DNA of 32,000 nucleotides from Gloeocapsa sp. DLM2.Bin57 (GCA_007693955.1 RECR01000053.1:7580-39579), one strand, 5' to 3'; positions 1 to 8,559 are shown, numbered from the stretch's first letter. Made by a program: numbers and translations. Notes: a model not told the origin generated them from the letters alone.

Positions 1-708
1 TTGTACATCGGTAGGGAGAGATGGAGGAAGGTGAAGGTGTTGGGGTTGGGGAATTTCTTCGATGACTTCACCAGCTAACCAATAATAACTCTTACCGCGA
101 GGATCGAGACGTTTTTCAAAGCTTTCGATATAGCGTCGTAAACCTTGACGGGTGAGTTTAATTCCTGCGATCGCTTCTGCTTGTACAGGGGGTATGTTAA
201 CGTTAAATAAAGTTGGTGTAGCTAAGGGTTGATCTCTTAGTTCTTGCAATAATTGTAGAGCAAAATCAGCCCCTACTTGGAACTCTTTAGAAGTAAAACT
301 AGCTAAACTTAAAGCGATACTAGTAATCCCTTCCATAATTCCTTCCATTGCCGCGGAAACAGTACCAGAATAAAGGATATCGTTACCTAGATTTGAACCA
401 TGATTAATTCCTGAGAGGACAAAGTCGGGTTTAGTGGTTAAAATAGCATTAAGAGCGAGTTTAACACAATCAACGGGTGTTCCCGAACAAGACCAAGCGG
501 TAATCCGAGAGTCAAAGACGGTGTTAACGACTTCGGCGCGAATAGGTTGATGTACAGTTAAACCATGACCTGTTGCTGAACGTTCGCGATCAGGACAGAC
601 CACAGTAACATCATAGCCAGCTGCGGCGCAGGTATTGGCTAGAGTACGTAATCCCAAGGCAAAAACGCCATCATCGTTACTAATCAGTAATTTTAGAGGT
701 TTATTCAT
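1..708 (-). CDS. surE: 5'/3'-nucleotidase SurE, 3'-truncated by the window edge (N-terminal 236 codons present)
   Basis: Hand translation of the minus strand from the ATG at 708-706 gives [51 protein letters not shown]...[24 protein letters not shown]. This carries the SurE N-terminal NDDG motif and the GxNxGxN...YSGTV signature. The frame stays open to position 1. It is absent from the ORF track because no stop lies in the window. Confidence 0.85.
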   Translation of the reverse strand, partial: MNKPLKLLISNDDGVFALGLRTLANTCAAAGYDVTVVCPDRERSATGHGLTVHQPIRAEVVNTVFDSRITAWSCSGTPVDCVKLALNAILTTKPDFVLSGINHGSNLGNDILYSGTVSAAMEGIMEGITSIALSLASFTSKEFQVGADFALQLLQELRDQPLATPTLFNVNIPPVQAEAIAGIKLTRQGLRRYIESFEKRLDPRGKSYYWLAGEVIEEIPQPQHLHLPPSLPTDVQ

Positions 709-761
709 CACAAATAAGTTAAGATACTTGAGCAGGAAAAGCTAATAATCAATTATAGGGT

Positions 762-1778
762 ATGACTACAACTCTCCAAGAAATTGAGAAGCAACTTAAA
801 ACTTTACAACAGACAGCCATAGGTGCGATCGCCTCTACTATTAATACAGATGAATTAGAAAAGTTACGGGTTAATTATTTAGGCAAAAAAGGGGAACTCT
901 CGGTAATTTTGCGATCTATGGGTAAACTCTCTCCCGAGGATCGCCCTGTAATTGGTAATATTGCTAACGAAGTCAAAGAAGACATTCAAACCCAACTTGA
1001 AAGCCAAAGAGAGAAGCTGCAACAACAACAACTGCTAGCGCAACTAGCAGCAGAAACCCTGGACGTAACTATGCCCGGTCTTAGTCGCCCTGTGGGTAAT
1101 ATCCACCCCCTCAATGAGATGATTGACCGTATTTTGGACATTTTCGTTGGTCTTGGTTATACTATAGCTTCAGGGCCTCATGTAGAGACTGATTATTATA
1201 ACTTTGAAGCGTTAAATACCCCACCTGATCATCCCGCGCGAGATATGCAGGATACTTTTTACCTTCCTCAAGAGAGACTCTTACGTACCCATACATCTTC
1301 AGTACAAATACGTTACATGGAGGAACACGAACCCCCCATTCGAATTGTCGCTCCAGGAAGGGTGTATCGACGAGATACGGTAGATGCTACTCACTCAGCG
1401 GTTTTCCATCAGGTAGAGATTTTAGCGATAGATGCGGGTTTAACCTTCGCCCAACTTAAGGGTACAATTCAAGAATTTATCCGTCAGATATTCGGTGAAG
1501 ATTTACCCCTACGTTTTCGAGCTAGTTATTTCCCTTTTACTGAGCCTTCGGCTGAAGTTGATGTACAATGGCAAGGTAAATGGTTAGAAGTTATGGGCTG
1601 TGGTATGGTAGATCCTAACGTCTTAACTGCTGTAGGTTATGATCCCGAAATTTATACGGGTTTTGCTGCGGGTTTAGGTGTAGAAAGGTTCGCTATGGTG
1701 TTACATCAAATCGATGATATTCGTCGTTTATACAATAGTGATTTACGGTTTTTACGACAATTTTCTACTACTATTTAA
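762..1778 (+). CDS. pheS: phenylalanine--tRNA ligase alpha subunit
   Basis: 338-aa ORF with an ATG start. It has class II aaRS motifs typical of PheS ([50 protein letters not shown]). It is divergent from surE across a 53-nt spacer. Confidence 0.95.
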   Translation: MTTTLQEIEKQLKTLQQTAIGAIASTINTDELEKLRVNYLGKKGELSVILRSMGKLSPEDRPVIGNIANEVKEDIQTQLESQREKLQQQQLLAQLAAETLDVTMPGLSRPVGNIHPLNEMIDRILDIFVGLGYTIASGPHVETDYYNFEALNTPPDHPARDMQDTFYLPQERLLRTHTSSVQIRYMEEHEPPIRIVAPGRVYRRDTVDATHSAVFHQVEILAIDAGLTFAQLKGTIQEFIRQIFGEDLPLRFRASYFPFTEPSAEVDVQWQGKWLEVMGCGMVDPNVLTAVGYDPEIYTGFAAGLGVERFAMVLHQIDDIRRLYNSDLRFLRQFSTTI

Positions 1779-1816
1779 GCTAGATTAAAGATAGTTTCTT
1801 ACCTAATTTAAAGACC

Positions 1817-2152
1817 ATGGATAAAAGAAAATTACTAGCTATTCTCTCTCAAGCCTCTATCTTTTTAAGTTCAACGGTAGTCTCTGTAGGTATTCCTTTA
1901 GCGATTTACTTTGTTGCTGATGATGATGTAGTTAAAGAAAACGCCAAGGAATCTTTAAACTTCCATTTTAATGTCTGGTTGTATGGCATTATTATCGGGG
2001 TTTTAGCCTTTTTCACCTTGGGATTACTAGGCTTTATCTTAGGACCAATTTTGTTACTATTTAGTATCATTATGCCTATTTTAGCCATAATCCAAATTTG
2101 GGGTAACCCTGATACTCCTTTCCGTTACCCTTTCATTTGGCGTTTACTTTAG
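1817..2152 (+). CDS. DUF4870-family small membrane protein
   Basis: 111 aa with hydrophobic segments. The pattern KESLNFHFNVWLYGII...WGNPDTPFRYPFIWRLL resembles the DUF4870 family consensus (EALNFQ...YRYPLTIRF). Confidence 0.65.
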   Translation: MDKRKLLAILSQASIFLSSTVVSVGIPLAIYFVADDDVVKENAKESLNFHFNVWLYGIIIGVLAFFTLGLLGFILGPILLLFSIIMPILAIIQIWGNPDTPFRYPFIWRLL

Positions 2153-2157
2153 TTTGA

Positions 2158-2352
2158 TTATTCTACAGTATGACCTGTGGATGTGATAATCTCTTTAACC
2201 GTAGCTTCAGAAGCTTGAGTTTCTACCGCAACTGTTTTAGTATCAATATCTATGGTAACTTGAGCTTCTGGTAAGTTTTTTTGTAATTGTTTGGTGATTG
2301 TCTCAACACAGCCATCACAAACGATGGTAGGTACTTTAAGATTGATAGTCAT
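2158..2352 (-). CDS. atx1: copper metallochaperone, heavy-metal-associated (HMA) domain, Atx1-like
   Basis: 64 aa, MTINLKVPTIVCDGCVETITKQL...GHTVE. The length, the CxxC metal site at residues 12-15 and the overall pattern match cyanobacterial Atx1 (MTIQLTVPTIACEACAEAV...GYEVE). An AAGGAG Shine-Dalgarno sequence lies upstream of the ATG. Confidence 0.8.
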   Translation of the reverse strand: MTINLKVPTIVCDGCVETITKQLQKNLPEAQVTIDIDTKTVAVETQASEATVKEIITSTGHTVE

Positions 2353-2402
2353 GCTTATTACTCCTTAAAATAATTTTAATAATAACATAAAATACTCAAA
2401 CA

Positions 2403-4235
2403 ATGAGTACCAAGACACCCTCTTCACCCCATATTTTAGTAACATCTACCCTGAAATCATTTTCTCTTTCTTATCGTTTAACTCAATTACTCAATCAGTT
2501 ACAACCTTCACCAGAAATCATTTTTTTTATCTCAGCTTTTCTGATTGGGGGTATTTCGGGTTTAGGGTTAGTAATCTTCTCTGTTTTAATTGAGGTTTTT
2601 CAAAATCTTAGTTTTAACGTCTTACTGAGTTATTTATCAGTCTTAGGTTATGGTACTTTAGTGTTGATTCCTATTTTAGGAGGAGCGATCGTTGGTTTAC
2701 TCTATTGGCTCTATCCTAATTTTAATAACTATAACTGTCTCAAAGACAATTTAACTCAAGTTTCACCCCAATTAATCTTGACTAAATGTTTAGGGGCTGC
2801 TATTTCTTTAGGTACAGGTGCTTCTTTAGGTCCTGAAGGACCTTCGGTAGAGATTGGTGGTAATGTAGGTTTATTATTAGCCCAATTATTGCGTGTATCC
2901 CAAAAACGGGCACAGTTGTTAATGAGTGCTGGTGCTGCTGCTGGTTTTGCTGCTGGGTTTAATGCACCTATTGCGGGAGTATTTTTTGCTTTAGAAAGAG
3001 TCTTAGGAACAAGTTTCACTACTCCTGCAGCTAGTATTATTATGCTAGCTGCGGTGGTAGCGGCGACTATCTCGCGAGTTTTTTTAGGGATTCACCCTGG
3101 TTTAATTTTACCTACCTATCAAGTACTTAATCAATGGGAATTTTTCCTTTATTTAGGTTTAGGTGTTTTGGCTGGTTTTCTATCTTTAGTTTATACTCAG
3201 AGTATTAAATTTGCCAAAGTTCGGTTTCAAAATTTAAAGCATCTACCCCTATGGCTAAAACCAATGCTAGGTGGAGTTAGTGTTGGTTTAGCTGGTTTAT
3301 TTTTACCACAGGTGTTAGGTATAGGTTATGGTACTTTGGAAGTTATCTTATCTGGAACTAATTTTTCTATTCCCTATTTGGGAACTATTTTAACGGTTAA
3401 ATTATTAGTAACGGTTATTTGTCTCGGGAGTGGTTTAGTTGGGGGTATTTTTGCTCCTGCTTTGTTTTTGGGTGCTTGTTTAGGGGCAATTTATGGTCAA
3501 GTCTTGGGGGTGATTTTACCTGGAGAAATGGGCATAATTGCTCCTCCTGCTGCTTATGCTATGGTGGGGATGGCTGCTCTATTAGCAGGTAGTGTTAAAG
3601 CACCTTTGACAGCGATTATTTTATTGTTTGAATTGACGCAAAATTACTTGATTATTTTACCTCTGATGGCTGCGGTAGGTACGAGTATTTGGATTGTCTA
3701 TCTAGTGGAAGCTCAACCTATGGTACAAACTCTTAATTTTCCAGAAATGGGTATTAATCTGAATCAGGATACTGAGTTAGATATCTTAAAAAATGTTTCT
3801 GTAGGAGAAATGATGAGTGTTGATTGTGTAAAACTATTGCAGTCAACCCCTGTTTTAAAAGCTACCGAAATGATGTTGGAGGCTAAATGTCATACGGCTT
3901 TAATCGTTACTGAAGCTCAAGAATTGTCGGGTATTCTTAGTTTAAGAGATTTATCTCAAGTTATGCTCACACAAGCAGAAGAAGTGCAACAGTTATTAGT
4001 AGCTGATGTGTGCACAACTGATGTTCTCCACGCTTACCCTCATGAGTCTCTAGCTGATGTGTATAAACGTATGCTCGCTCGTGATTTATATTTACTCCCT
4101 GTGGTGTCAAAGGAGAATTGCCAAGAAATTTTAGGGGTAATTGATAAACCTTTAATTAATTTAGCTACTGACCTAAATTTAACTACATCAGCTATGATAA
4201 GTTTAAAAAAAGTTAATCCTTATGTCACGAACTAA
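2403..4235 (+). CDS. ClC-type voltage-gated chloride channel/antiporter with C-terminal CBS pair
   Basis: 610 aa and polytopic. ClC selectivity motifs are present (GASLGPEGPSVEIG, GIFAPALFLG). The C-terminal roughly 150 aa is soluble and CBS-like. Confidence 0.85.
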   Translation: MSTKTPSSPHILVTSTLKSFSLSYRLTQLLNQLQPSPEIIFFISAFLIGGISGLGLVIFSVLIEVFQNLSFNVLLSYLSVLGYGTLVLIPILGGAIVGLLYWLYPNFNNYNCLKDNLTQVSPQLILTKCLGAAISLGTGASLGPEGPSVEIGGNVGLLLAQLLRVSQKRAQLLMSAGAAAGFAAGFNAPIAGVFFALERVLGTSFTTPAASIIMLAAVVAATISRVFLGIHPGLILPTYQVLNQWEFFLYLGLGVLAGFLSLVYTQSIKFAKVRFQNLKHLPLWLKPMLGGVSVGLAGLFLPQVLGIGYGTLEVILSGTNFSIPYLGTILTVKLLVTVICLGSGLVGGIFAPALFLGACLGAIYGQVLGVILPGEMGIIAPPAAYAMVGMAALLAGSVKAPLTAIILLFELTQNYLIILPLMAAVGTSIWIVYLVEAQPMVQTLNFPEMGINLNQDTELDILKNVSVGEMMSVDCVKLLQSTPVLKATEMMLEAKCHTALIVTEAQELSGILSLRDLSQVMLTQAEEVQQLLVADVCTTDVLHAYPHESLADVYKRMLARDLYLLPVVSKENCQEILGVIDKPLINLATDLNLTTSAMISLKKVNPYVTN

Positions 4236-5529
4236 TAAATTAATTTGGCTGTTGGTTTTATTTAGTATCACTGCTGCTATCGCTGTTACTTCTCATTGGA
4301 TTTATAGTCAAAGACAGGTTCATACTCTGACTATGGCGACAGGGGGTAAGACTGGGGTATATTATGCCTTTGGTAATGCTTTAGCCACGGTTGTCTCTAG
4401 ACATCAACCCAACATTCGTATCGAAGTTATAGAAACTAGTGGCTCACAGGAAAACGAAGAGTTAATCTCAGAGCATGAAGTTGATTTAGCTATTTTACAA
4501 GCTGATACTTCTGTCAATAACTCTGTCAAGGCGATGACTTTTTTGTTTCCTGAAATGTTTCATTTAATTGCTCGTGTTGACTCAGGAATTAACAATTTTA
4601 GTGATTTGAAGGGTAAAAAAATTGCTTTGATGCCAATTGGTAGTGGCTCTTATAATTTATTTTGGCCCTTGAGTCAACATTATGGCATCTACGAAAGGGA
4701 TTTTGAAGGGATTCCCATGTCTCCTAGTGAAGCTCATCAGGCTTTGTTAGATGGTGAAGTTGATGCTTTATTTCGCATTATCGCTTTAGGTAATGAATCT
4801 GTTACAGAATTATTGCAAAACGAGCAAGTAACTTTAATTCCTATTGATCAAGCTTCCGCACTACAGCTAGTATTGCCAGCGGTTGAACCTAATGTTATTC
4901 CTATGGGTGCTTATAATGGGGCTATTCCTATCCCTAGTGAGGATTTACCCGTAGTAGGGGTTAGGGCGGTGTTATTGGCTCATAAATCCGTTAACCCTAA
5001 TCTAGTCCAAGAAATTACGCGCATTATTTTTGAGGCGAGAAATGATTTAATCAGAAAAAACCCCCAATCGGCGATGATTAGTAAGCCTGATCATATCAAT
5101 GAGTTGGGCTTTTCTTTTCACGAGGGAGCAAAGTTTTATTATAATCAAGATGAGCCTAGCTTTTTAGAAAGATACGCAGAAGCCATCGGCTTAATTCTGT
5201 CGATAACGATGTTAGTTATCTCGGGAATTTGGCAATTTCGTATCTGGTTACAGGAAAAACAAAAAAATCGTGCTGATAGGTACAATCTGCAAATTATCCA
5301 ATTGATTGAGCGCATTAATACTAGTAACAGTATTGCCGAGTTAGAGGAAATACAAACTGAGTTATTTCAATTGTTTAATAAGGTTGTGGAAGATTTGGAT
5401 CGCGATCGCATTTCGGCTGAGTCTTTTCAATCTTTTACTTTTCCTTGGGATGTAGCTTTTAATAGCATTCGTCACCGTGAGGTTTTATTATCTAATGGAA
5501 TACCTGAGTTAAACTTGAAAAAATCGTAA
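4222..5529 (+). CDS. TAXI-family (TRAP-associated) solute-binding protein with N- and C-terminal TM segments
   Basis: 435 aa. LTMATGGKTGVYYAFGNALA...ETSGSQENEELISEHEVDLAILQAD matches the TAXI/TIGR02122 N-terminal signature (TGGxxGxYY...GSxEN...DxAxxQxD). There is an N-terminal TM segment and a second TM (AIGLILSITMLVISGIWQF) followed by a charged tail. The ATG overlaps the ClC stop by 14 nt. Confidence 0.75.
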   Translation: MSRTNKLIWLLVLFSITAAIAVTSHWIYSQRQVHTLTMATGGKTGVYYAFGNALATVVSRHQPNIRIEVIETSGSQENEELISEHEVDLAILQADTSVNNSVKAMTFLFPEMFHLIARVDSGINNFSDLKGKKIALMPIGSGSYNLFWPLSQHYGIYERDFEGIPMSPSEAHQALLDGEVDALFRIIALGNESVTELLQNEQVTLIPIDQASALQLVLPAVEPNVIPMGAYNGAIPIPSEDLPVVGVRAVLLAHKSVNPNLVQEITRIIFEARNDLIRKNPQSAMISKPDHINELGFSFHEGAKFYYNQDEPSFLERYAEAIGLILSITMLVISGIWQFRIWLQEKQKNRADRYNLQIIQLIERINTSNSIAELEEIQTELFQLFNKVVEDLDRDRISAESFQSFTFPWDVAFNSIRHREVLLSNGIPELNLKKS

Positions 5530-5550
5530 AACATTTACTTAATCTAGATC

Positions 5551-6189
5551 ATGAGTTTAAATATTTACTTTCTTAGACACGGAGAAACTAGCTACAGTAT
5601 CACAGGTGGTTATTGCGGTAGTATTGATCCTGAATTAACCCCCTCCGGAGTACAAATGGCTGAGGCTTTTGCTAAGGCTTATCAATCTGTTCGGTGGACT
5701 GCTGTTTATTGTAGTCCCATGAAAAGAACTGTTGCTACGGCTAAGCCTCTCTGTGACGCTATCGGTATGGAAATGCAGTTACGGGATGGACTTAGGGAAC
5801 TTAATTATGGTGAATGGGAGGCTAAAAGCCCAGAATGGGTAAAAGAAAATCATTTAGATGATTATATCAATTGGATGACTGAGCCTGCCTGGAATCCACC
5901 TACGGGAGGTGAAACAGCTGTACAAATGGCTAGTCGTGCTTCTTTAGTTATCTCAGAAATTGAAAGTAAATATACTGAAGGAAATGTTTTAGTTGTTTCT
6001 CATAAGACTACTATTAGGATTATTTTATGTAGTCTGTTGGGGATTGATTTAGGACGTTATCGCGATCGCCTAGATTTACTAGTAGGTGGCATTAGTAAGG
6101 TAAAATTTGGTATTCATGGACCAATGTTGCAGAGTTTGTGCGATCGCTCTTATCTGGATGAAAGTTTACAAGCTCGTAAGGGGACTTAA
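5551..6189 (+). CDS. histidine phosphatase (phosphoglycerate mutase) family protein
   Basis: 212 aa. The N-terminal YFLRHGETSYS (RHGE catalytic motif) and the downstream VVSHKTTIR (SH motif) are characteristic of the family. Confidence 0.8.
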   Translation: MSLNIYFLRHGETSYSITGGYCGSIDPELTPSGVQMAEAFAKAYQSVRWTAVYCSPMKRTVATAKPLCDAIGMEMQLRDGLRELNYGEWEAKSPEWVKENHLDDYINWMTEPAWNPPTGGETAVQMASRASLVISEIESKYTEGNVLVVSHKTTIRIILCSLLGIDLGRYRDRLDLLVGGISKVKFGIHGPMLQSLCDRSYLDESLQARKGT

Positions 6190-6192
6190 ATA

Positions 6193-6666
6193 ATGAAAGG
6201 TTTAATAAAACTGATTATCACCACCATTATCTTATTACCGTTACTAACTCTACCAGTTCTAGCCGTAGATTATAATAAGGTAACTTTAATCGGTCACGAT
6301 TTTTCTGGTCAAGACTTGCGGGATGCTAGTTTTGATTTAGCTAGTTTACGTGAAAGTGATTTTAGTCACGCTAATCTCACTGGTGTACGTTTTTTCTCGG
6401 CTAATTTAGAAGCGGTTAATTTTGAAGGTGCTAATCTAACTGATGCTACCCTTGATTCGGCTCGTTTGAATGATGCTAATCTCAAAGACGCTATTTTAGT
6501 TGGCGCTTTTTTGAGTAATACTAAATTTCCTGGTGTGAATATCGAAGGTGCTGACTTTACTGACGCTTTGATTCTCTCTTACGAACAAAAATACTTATGT
6601 AAAATTGCTAAAGGTACTAATCCTGTGACAGGAAGGGATACTAGAGAGACTCTTTTTTGTCCTTAG
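6193..6666 (+). CDS. pentapeptide-repeat protein with signal peptide (thylakoid-lumen TL15-like)
   Basis: 157 aa. A hydrophobic N-terminal signal is followed by tandem A(D/N)LxG-type pentapeptides (ANLTGVRFFSANLEAVNFEGANLTDATLDSARLNDANLKDA). It starts 3 nt after the preceding stop. Confidence 0.85.
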   Translation: MKGLIKLIITTIILLPLLTLPVLAVDYNKVTLIGHDFSGQDLRDASFDLASLRESDFSHANLTGVRFFSANLEAVNFEGANLTDATLDSARLNDANLKDAILVGAFLSNTKFPGVNIEGADFTDALILSYEQKYLCKIAKGTNPVTGRDTRETLFCP

Positions 6667-6688
6667 TTAGTTATCAAAAAGCGATCAA

Positions 6689-6964
6689 TTACCAGTTATT
6701 GAAGCTAAACAATATCCAGGCGTAGGTAGCAAATACTAGGATACCTATGCCGATAACAGTGTTTTTTTGTTCGGCTAACCACTTTTGTGATATGTATCTC
6801 ATATAGTTGAAGGTGGAACGGCGTTCTTGAGCAAGTTCTGCCATTAATTCTGATACTCTGAGATCAACCTCTTCTAGTGAGATTTTATCTTGCTGATAAG
6901 CGGATTCTAATTCGTCTAGTTTGCGCCAATATTCTTGAGTTGCATTAAAAAGATTTGGAAACAT
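6689..6964 (-). CDS. hypothetical protein with C-terminal TM helix
   Basis: 91-aa ORF with an ATG start. It has a charged, coiled-coil-like N-terminal part and one C-terminal hydrophobic helix (VIGIGILVFATYAWILF). I recognise no family. Confidence 0.4.
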   Translation of the reverse strand: MFPNLFNATQEYWRKLDELESAYQQDKISLEEVDLRVSELMAELAQERRSTFNYMRYISQKWLAEQKNTVIGIGILVFATYAWILFSFNNW

Positions 6965-7033
6965 AAATAAATTTTTGAACTAGATTTACAGAAGACAACG
7001 TAATCCTTTTTTAAAGGATAATTACGCTGTCAT

Positions 7034-7100
7034 GGTTAGTAAGAGTTCGGCATTAGGGGTTAGGTATTAGGTGCTAAGAGTATTATTTATATATAAAATA
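7034..7100. repeat. degenerate heptamer tandem (GGTTAGT..CATTAGG GGTTAGG TATTAGG TGCTAAG) followed by GTATTATTTATATATAAAATAC
   Basis: Read directly. Four consecutive NNTTAGG-like 7-mers occupy 7051-7078, followed by an AT-rich GTATTAT...TATATA dyad. Similar modules occur at 15437-15500 and 25588-25640. Confidence 0.5.
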
Positions 7101-7158
7101 CTGCTTTTGCCTGAGTGCCTTTAAAACCCTTTTTAGCTTCGTCGAACTTACGTTACAG

Positions 7159-7302
7159 TTACATTAAACCTATTTGAGATAAGATTCCTTGACCTGTTAA
7201 AAGTTCAGTGGCAATTCCAATCAGGAAACCTAGCATAGCTAACCGCCCATTCCAAGTTTCAGCGAATTGAGTAAATCCAAATTTTACTTCTTGATTTTCC
7301 AT
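7159..7302 (-). CDS. hli: high-light-inducible protein (HLIP / small CAB-like protein)
   Basis: Not in the ORF track (47 aa). Hand translation gives [47 protein letters not shown]. This contains the chlorophyll-binding ExxNGRxAMxGF motif of the CAB/ELIP/HLIP family. The ATG is at 7302-7300 and the TAA at 7161-7159. Confidence 0.88.
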   Translation of the reverse strand: MENQEVKFGFTQFAETWNGRLAMLGFLIGIATELLTGQGILSQIGLM

Positions 7303-7407
7303 ATTTTTAACCCTCGTTAAGATTTGTTTATTTTACTGTCAATTATCGTCACAATTGATTGACTAGAACTTAAATTTTCAGTCCAATTTGTCTTTTTCAG
7401 ACTATCT

Positions 7408-7650
7408 TTAGCTTACTTGAGTGAAAATAATTTCCCCAAGACTTCCTACCACCACAAGGGCAATTAAAAGATAGGTAAAAAATCTCCCTGTTTCAGGATT
7501 AAATCCTAAATTTTTATCTTCATTACCTGCTGTGAAAAATAATGACCAAGCTTCATTAGCGTTGATTGGCTGAAAATTATTGAATTGTGAACGAAACACA
7601 ACGGGTGCAAACAGGTCTTTGTTTCTGTAAATATTAGAATCACTATTCAT
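7408..7650 (-). CDS. small single-pass membrane protein upstream of hli (possibly LilA/Slr1544-like)
   Basis: 80-aa ORF with an ATG start and AAGGA upstream. There is one C-terminal TM helix (FFTYLLIALVVVGSLGEIIF). It lies on the same strand 105 nt upstream of hli, recalling the Synechocystis slr1544(lilA)-hliB operon. The assignment rests on context only. Confidence 0.4.
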   Translation of the reverse strand: MNSDSNIYRNKDLFAPVVFRSQFNNFQPINANEAWSLFFTAGNEDKNLGFNPETGRFFTYLLIALVVVGSLGEIIFTQVS

Positions 7651-7695
7651 ATCTTTTTCCTTGGCTTGTTTTTTTCGATTTGCTTTACTTTAATA

Positions 7696-7713
7696 AGTAT
7701 AACAAACTGTAAA
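7696..7713 (-). promoter_or_regulatory. HLR1-like direct repeat (candidate RpaB site) upstream of the small-membrane-protein/hli pair
   Basis: The minus strand reads TTTACAGT-TT-GTTATACT. The published HLR1 consensus is (G/T)TTACA(T/A)(T/A)-NN-(G/T)TTACA(T/A)(T/A). The first half matches 7 of 8 positions and the second 6 of 8. It lies 46-63 nt upstream of the ATG at 7650. Confidence 0.35.
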
Positions 7714-7869
7714 CTTTTATTGCAATAGCTTGACAAGAAGAATAAGTGGTGGTATCCGAACCAGATGGGTAGTAGTGTAGGGGGTTGACAAATAAGCCAA
7801 TTTAAGGCATAGTTTCATTCAATGGCATCTGTTGTTGTAGATGACCTCTTCCAAATTGCTCAAATAATA

Positions 7870-7894
7870 AAGGACGCTTTTATTCGGCGTCCTT
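7870..7894 (-). terminator. rho-independent terminator candidate downstream of dps
   Basis: A perfect 8-bp stem AAGGACGC/GCGTCCTT (7870-7877 pairs with 7887-7894) encloses a 9-nt loop. On the minus strand it is followed by TATTATTTG. It lies about 90 nt past the dps stop. Confidence 0.5.
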
Positions 7895-7983
7895 ATCAAG
7901 AAAATAGGTTTAAAACAGATGGTGCAATGACTCACGGCTTGGTGGTAGAGCTAATTTTGTAGCTTGATTCGTCAATTCTTAAA

Positions 7984-8496
7984 TTAACCAACTAAATGAG
8001 CTTCTAAAAACCACAAGCGCTTGTCGATCGCTCTGGAAATCTCCGTATATAAATCAGCTGTATCTGCATCTCCTAAATTGTCCGTATCTTCGATCGCTTT
8101 TCTCAAGTGTGCACCATAAGCAGCAAAGCGATCGCTCAAGGCTTTTACGTGTTCTTTCCCCTCAGCGATATCAGTAGGATACTCTGGTAAGATCGAGTTA
8201 GCGGCAGCGATTCTGGCTGTTCCTAAAGCAGTACCACCTAAAGCGGTGACTCTTTCTGCTACCATATCCACAAATTCTTCTAATTCTGACGCCATTTCAT
8301 CGAATAACAGGTGTAGAGAGTAAAAATTCAGCCCCTTAACGTTCCAATGAGCTTGTTTGGTTTGAGTTTTTAAATCTAGACTACTAGCTAGGGTTTGACT
8401 CAAAATTTTGACTATCTCGGTTCGGATATCTAAAGCTAAGTCAATACTGGTTGGGTAAAACCCTTCTGTTTTTGGTTTAGATGTTACTGAAGCCAT
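7984..8496 (-). CDS. dps: Dps family DNA-protection/ferritin-like protein
   Basis: 170 aa. It carries the HWNVKGLNFYSLHLLFDE...DMVAERV ferroxidase-centre pattern typical of Dps. Confidence 0.9.
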   Translation of the reverse strand: MASVTSKPKTEGFYPTSIDLALDIRTEIVKILSQTLASSLDLKTQTKQAHWNVKGLNFYSLHLLFDEMASELEEFVDMVAERVTALGGTALGTARIAAANSILPEYPTDIAEGKEHVKALSDRFAAYGAHLRKAIEDTDNLGDADTADLYTEISRAIDKRLWFLEAHLVG

Positions 8497-8529
8497 AATT
8501 ATTTTTCCTAATTACTCTTGTTAAATTTA

Positions 8530-8559
8530 ATTATACTCATAATGACTTCGTTTTGTCAA
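8530..8559 (-). promoter_or_regulatory. sigma70-type promoter of dps (consensus -35 and -10)
   Basis: The minus strand reads TTGACA (8559-8554), an 18-nt spacer, then TATAAT (8535-8530), 34 nt upstream of the dps ATG. The dyad ATTAT-GAGT-ATAAT (8530-8543) overlaps the -10 box. Confidence 0.55.

Noticed and set aside
1906-2088. 60-aa ORF antisense to the DUF4870 gene
   Set aside because: It lies entirely inside a better-supported gene on the opposite strand. Its lysine- and isoleucine-rich low-complexity translation is typical of the shadow frame of AT-rich membrane-protein genes.
2756-3019. 87-aa ORF antisense to the ClC channel gene
   Set aside because: It is a shadow ORF within a strongly supported CDS. 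Its Ala/Pro-rich translation mirrors the Gly/Ala codons of the ClC helices.
7051-7078. Telomere-like TTAGGG repeats
   Set aside because: The units are degenerate 7-mers (CATTAGG, GGTTAGG, TATTAGG, TGCTAAG), not hexamers, and lie internal to a bacterial chromosome. They are better described as STRR-like heptamers.
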